From Podarcis gaigeae (Eukaryota), in the NCBI GenBank assembly GCA_964106915.2, contig OZ066920.1: a stretch of 64,000 bases of DNA; one strand, given 5' to 3'. The notes beneath the pieces are model-generated. The model had not been told where the DNA came from. It searched no databases and saw only the letters and a list, made by a program, of their open reading frames with translations. A program made the translations under genes and the position numbers. Positions within the stretch are counted from its first letter, which is position 1, and every line of letters begins with the position of its first letter. Below, in pieces: positions 62,248 through 64,000 of the stretch.

Positions 62248-64000
62248 AATATGCCTGTATATTTCTTTTGTAACTTGCAATTACAAAATTGTAATGTGTC
62301 CTAAAAAGTTGTTTAGGAATAGCTAATGTGGTGCCCTCTAGATATTGCTGGAGTACAGCACTCATCATTGCCAGTCAGCAGCGTCATGGATAGTGGGACT
62401 TGTAGTCCAACAGTACCCTGAGGGTGCCATGTTGCTTACTCTGTTTGGTGTTTTATCAAAATGAATGTGTGTGTGTCTAAAAACAACAACAAGAGCAACG
62501 GAAGCCAAGATCCTTCGCTTTTAAAAAGACCATATACATTATTTAAAGTCCTATTTTCAAGCCAGCATTCTTCAGTTTTCTCTACTGATTTCAGGTTAGC
62601 CAAGCCCGTGTTGTATCTGGAAAGCATATTCAGCTGGTGCCAGAACATGCCACAGAGGTCTTTTAAATTTCCTCCCCCACCTCCACTGGTAAATACCTGT
62701 GTTCTGTAGGGGATTGAGCTATTTAGGTATTTTGTTTCACTTCAATTACCGGGTGATTATGCATTTTAGGCCCAAGGGATTATGGAAGAAGAAACAAAAC
62801 TTTTGAAGTTATTACGTAAAATAAGATTGTGCTTTGCTGCCATAGGCTTAATTCTTCTTTTTTCCGTAATAGCCTTAGAAATCGTTGTTTGTTTTGCTAC
62901 ATGCCTGCAAACATGATTACGGGATATTTAGTTGTAGGTGAAGAGGTTGCCTGGGACAAATAACAGCTCTAAAGTGGGCTCTGACCTAATACAAATGGCA
63001 GGAAAGTTCCCTTGGAAATGCTTGGTGTAGAGAGTGGTCTCAACGCTAGATGACCCTGCTGTCTTTGAGGCATTTCATGGCATCGCTGATGAGTTTTGTA
63101 AGATTCTGATATTAAAATCACTTTTTTTAAAGCAGCAAGGAAGACTGTGACTGGACAATCCTTCATCCCTGTGTTTGATCAATTGCATTAAGGCAAACAT
63201 TCTGAGAATACCACATGCTGAAGTATGGAAATGGCAAGGTAGGTGAAGTATGATTTCTCCCAAGACCTTGGTTGTATTTTGGTTTTCTTTAATTTTTATT
63301 CAGCGGCACTGCACAAAGGGCTGTGCGACAGAGTTTAGAAATTCAATATTTATCCATTGAATTGGAGATCACTACTGAGGCAATGTCTCTGCAATGTGTG
63401 CGCTATGTATGTGTGTATGTATATTTTTTACTCTAAAGCAATTTAGGAAAGGTGGGTATTTTATTAACATCGGCTGCCATAAGTAAGCGACCTACATAAC
63501 CTTTCCAAGCCACTCATAAAGAAAGGAAACTGTAAGTGCCTCAGGGCCTGCATACATATTGTAAGCCTCTCTTTATTCTGTTAAAACATTCAACATTTAT
63601 TGTGTCTCTCTCCTTTCAAGAGCAGCGCAAGCTACCTTTTGTCTTCAATGCATCTTTCAGTGTTTACATTTTGCCAACAATAGGAACAAGAAGGATCTTG
63701 GTTTGCCCCCTTTTGTGAGTCAAATAGCTTGAATTCTATGTAGTTATTTTGCTGCGGAGGATGGTATGCTTCAGAAGTGTTCACATGTTCCTCTGAAGGG
63801 ACCTAGTGCTTTAAAAAGTTCTAGTTCATTATATATATATATTAATATTTACCCATGTGAGCTCGTGGACCCGAAAAAAAACATTTTCATCAGGCACTGT
63901 GCCCTGAAACACACATTTTGCGGCACAGCACAAGATTGCGGACCCCCAAAAATGTTTTTTTCAGGGCAAGAGCTTGGCTCGAAATTCCTCTAGAGCAAGG

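Overview
Vertebrate genomic DNA, almost certainly a squamate (lizard; the SINE/LINE/MITE mix looks lacertid-like). The window covers the 3' part of TSHZ1 (teashirt zinc-finger homeobox 1) on the + strand: about 53 kb of intron 1, the large coding exon 2 (52982-56199) and its 3' UTR. The short first coding exon is not visible. The most notable accessory feature is a 5.05-kb class I (gammaretrovirus-like) endogenous provirus inserted antisense in the intron (25111-30164). It has a TCCT target-site duplication, a tRNA-Pro primer-binding site and a full 5' LTR, but only 40 bp of the 3' LTR remain. Its gag-pol is a patchwork of deletions. Between integrase and env lies an ~850-bp block with an intact ORF I cannot recognise (ORF-X, in frame with integrase), and the env has an unusual Trp-rich extra transmembrane leader. 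Other points: a 14-Gln tract in TSHZ1 that I do not recall in mammals, paired splice-donor motifs just after the stop codon, miR-130/301 seed sites, and candidate HOX/PBX/MEIS/RFX enhancer blocks. There are also many CR1/L2/RTE/BovB fragments, SINEs, MITEs and microsatellites, and one 292-nt assembly gap. All family assignments are by eye; no searches were run.
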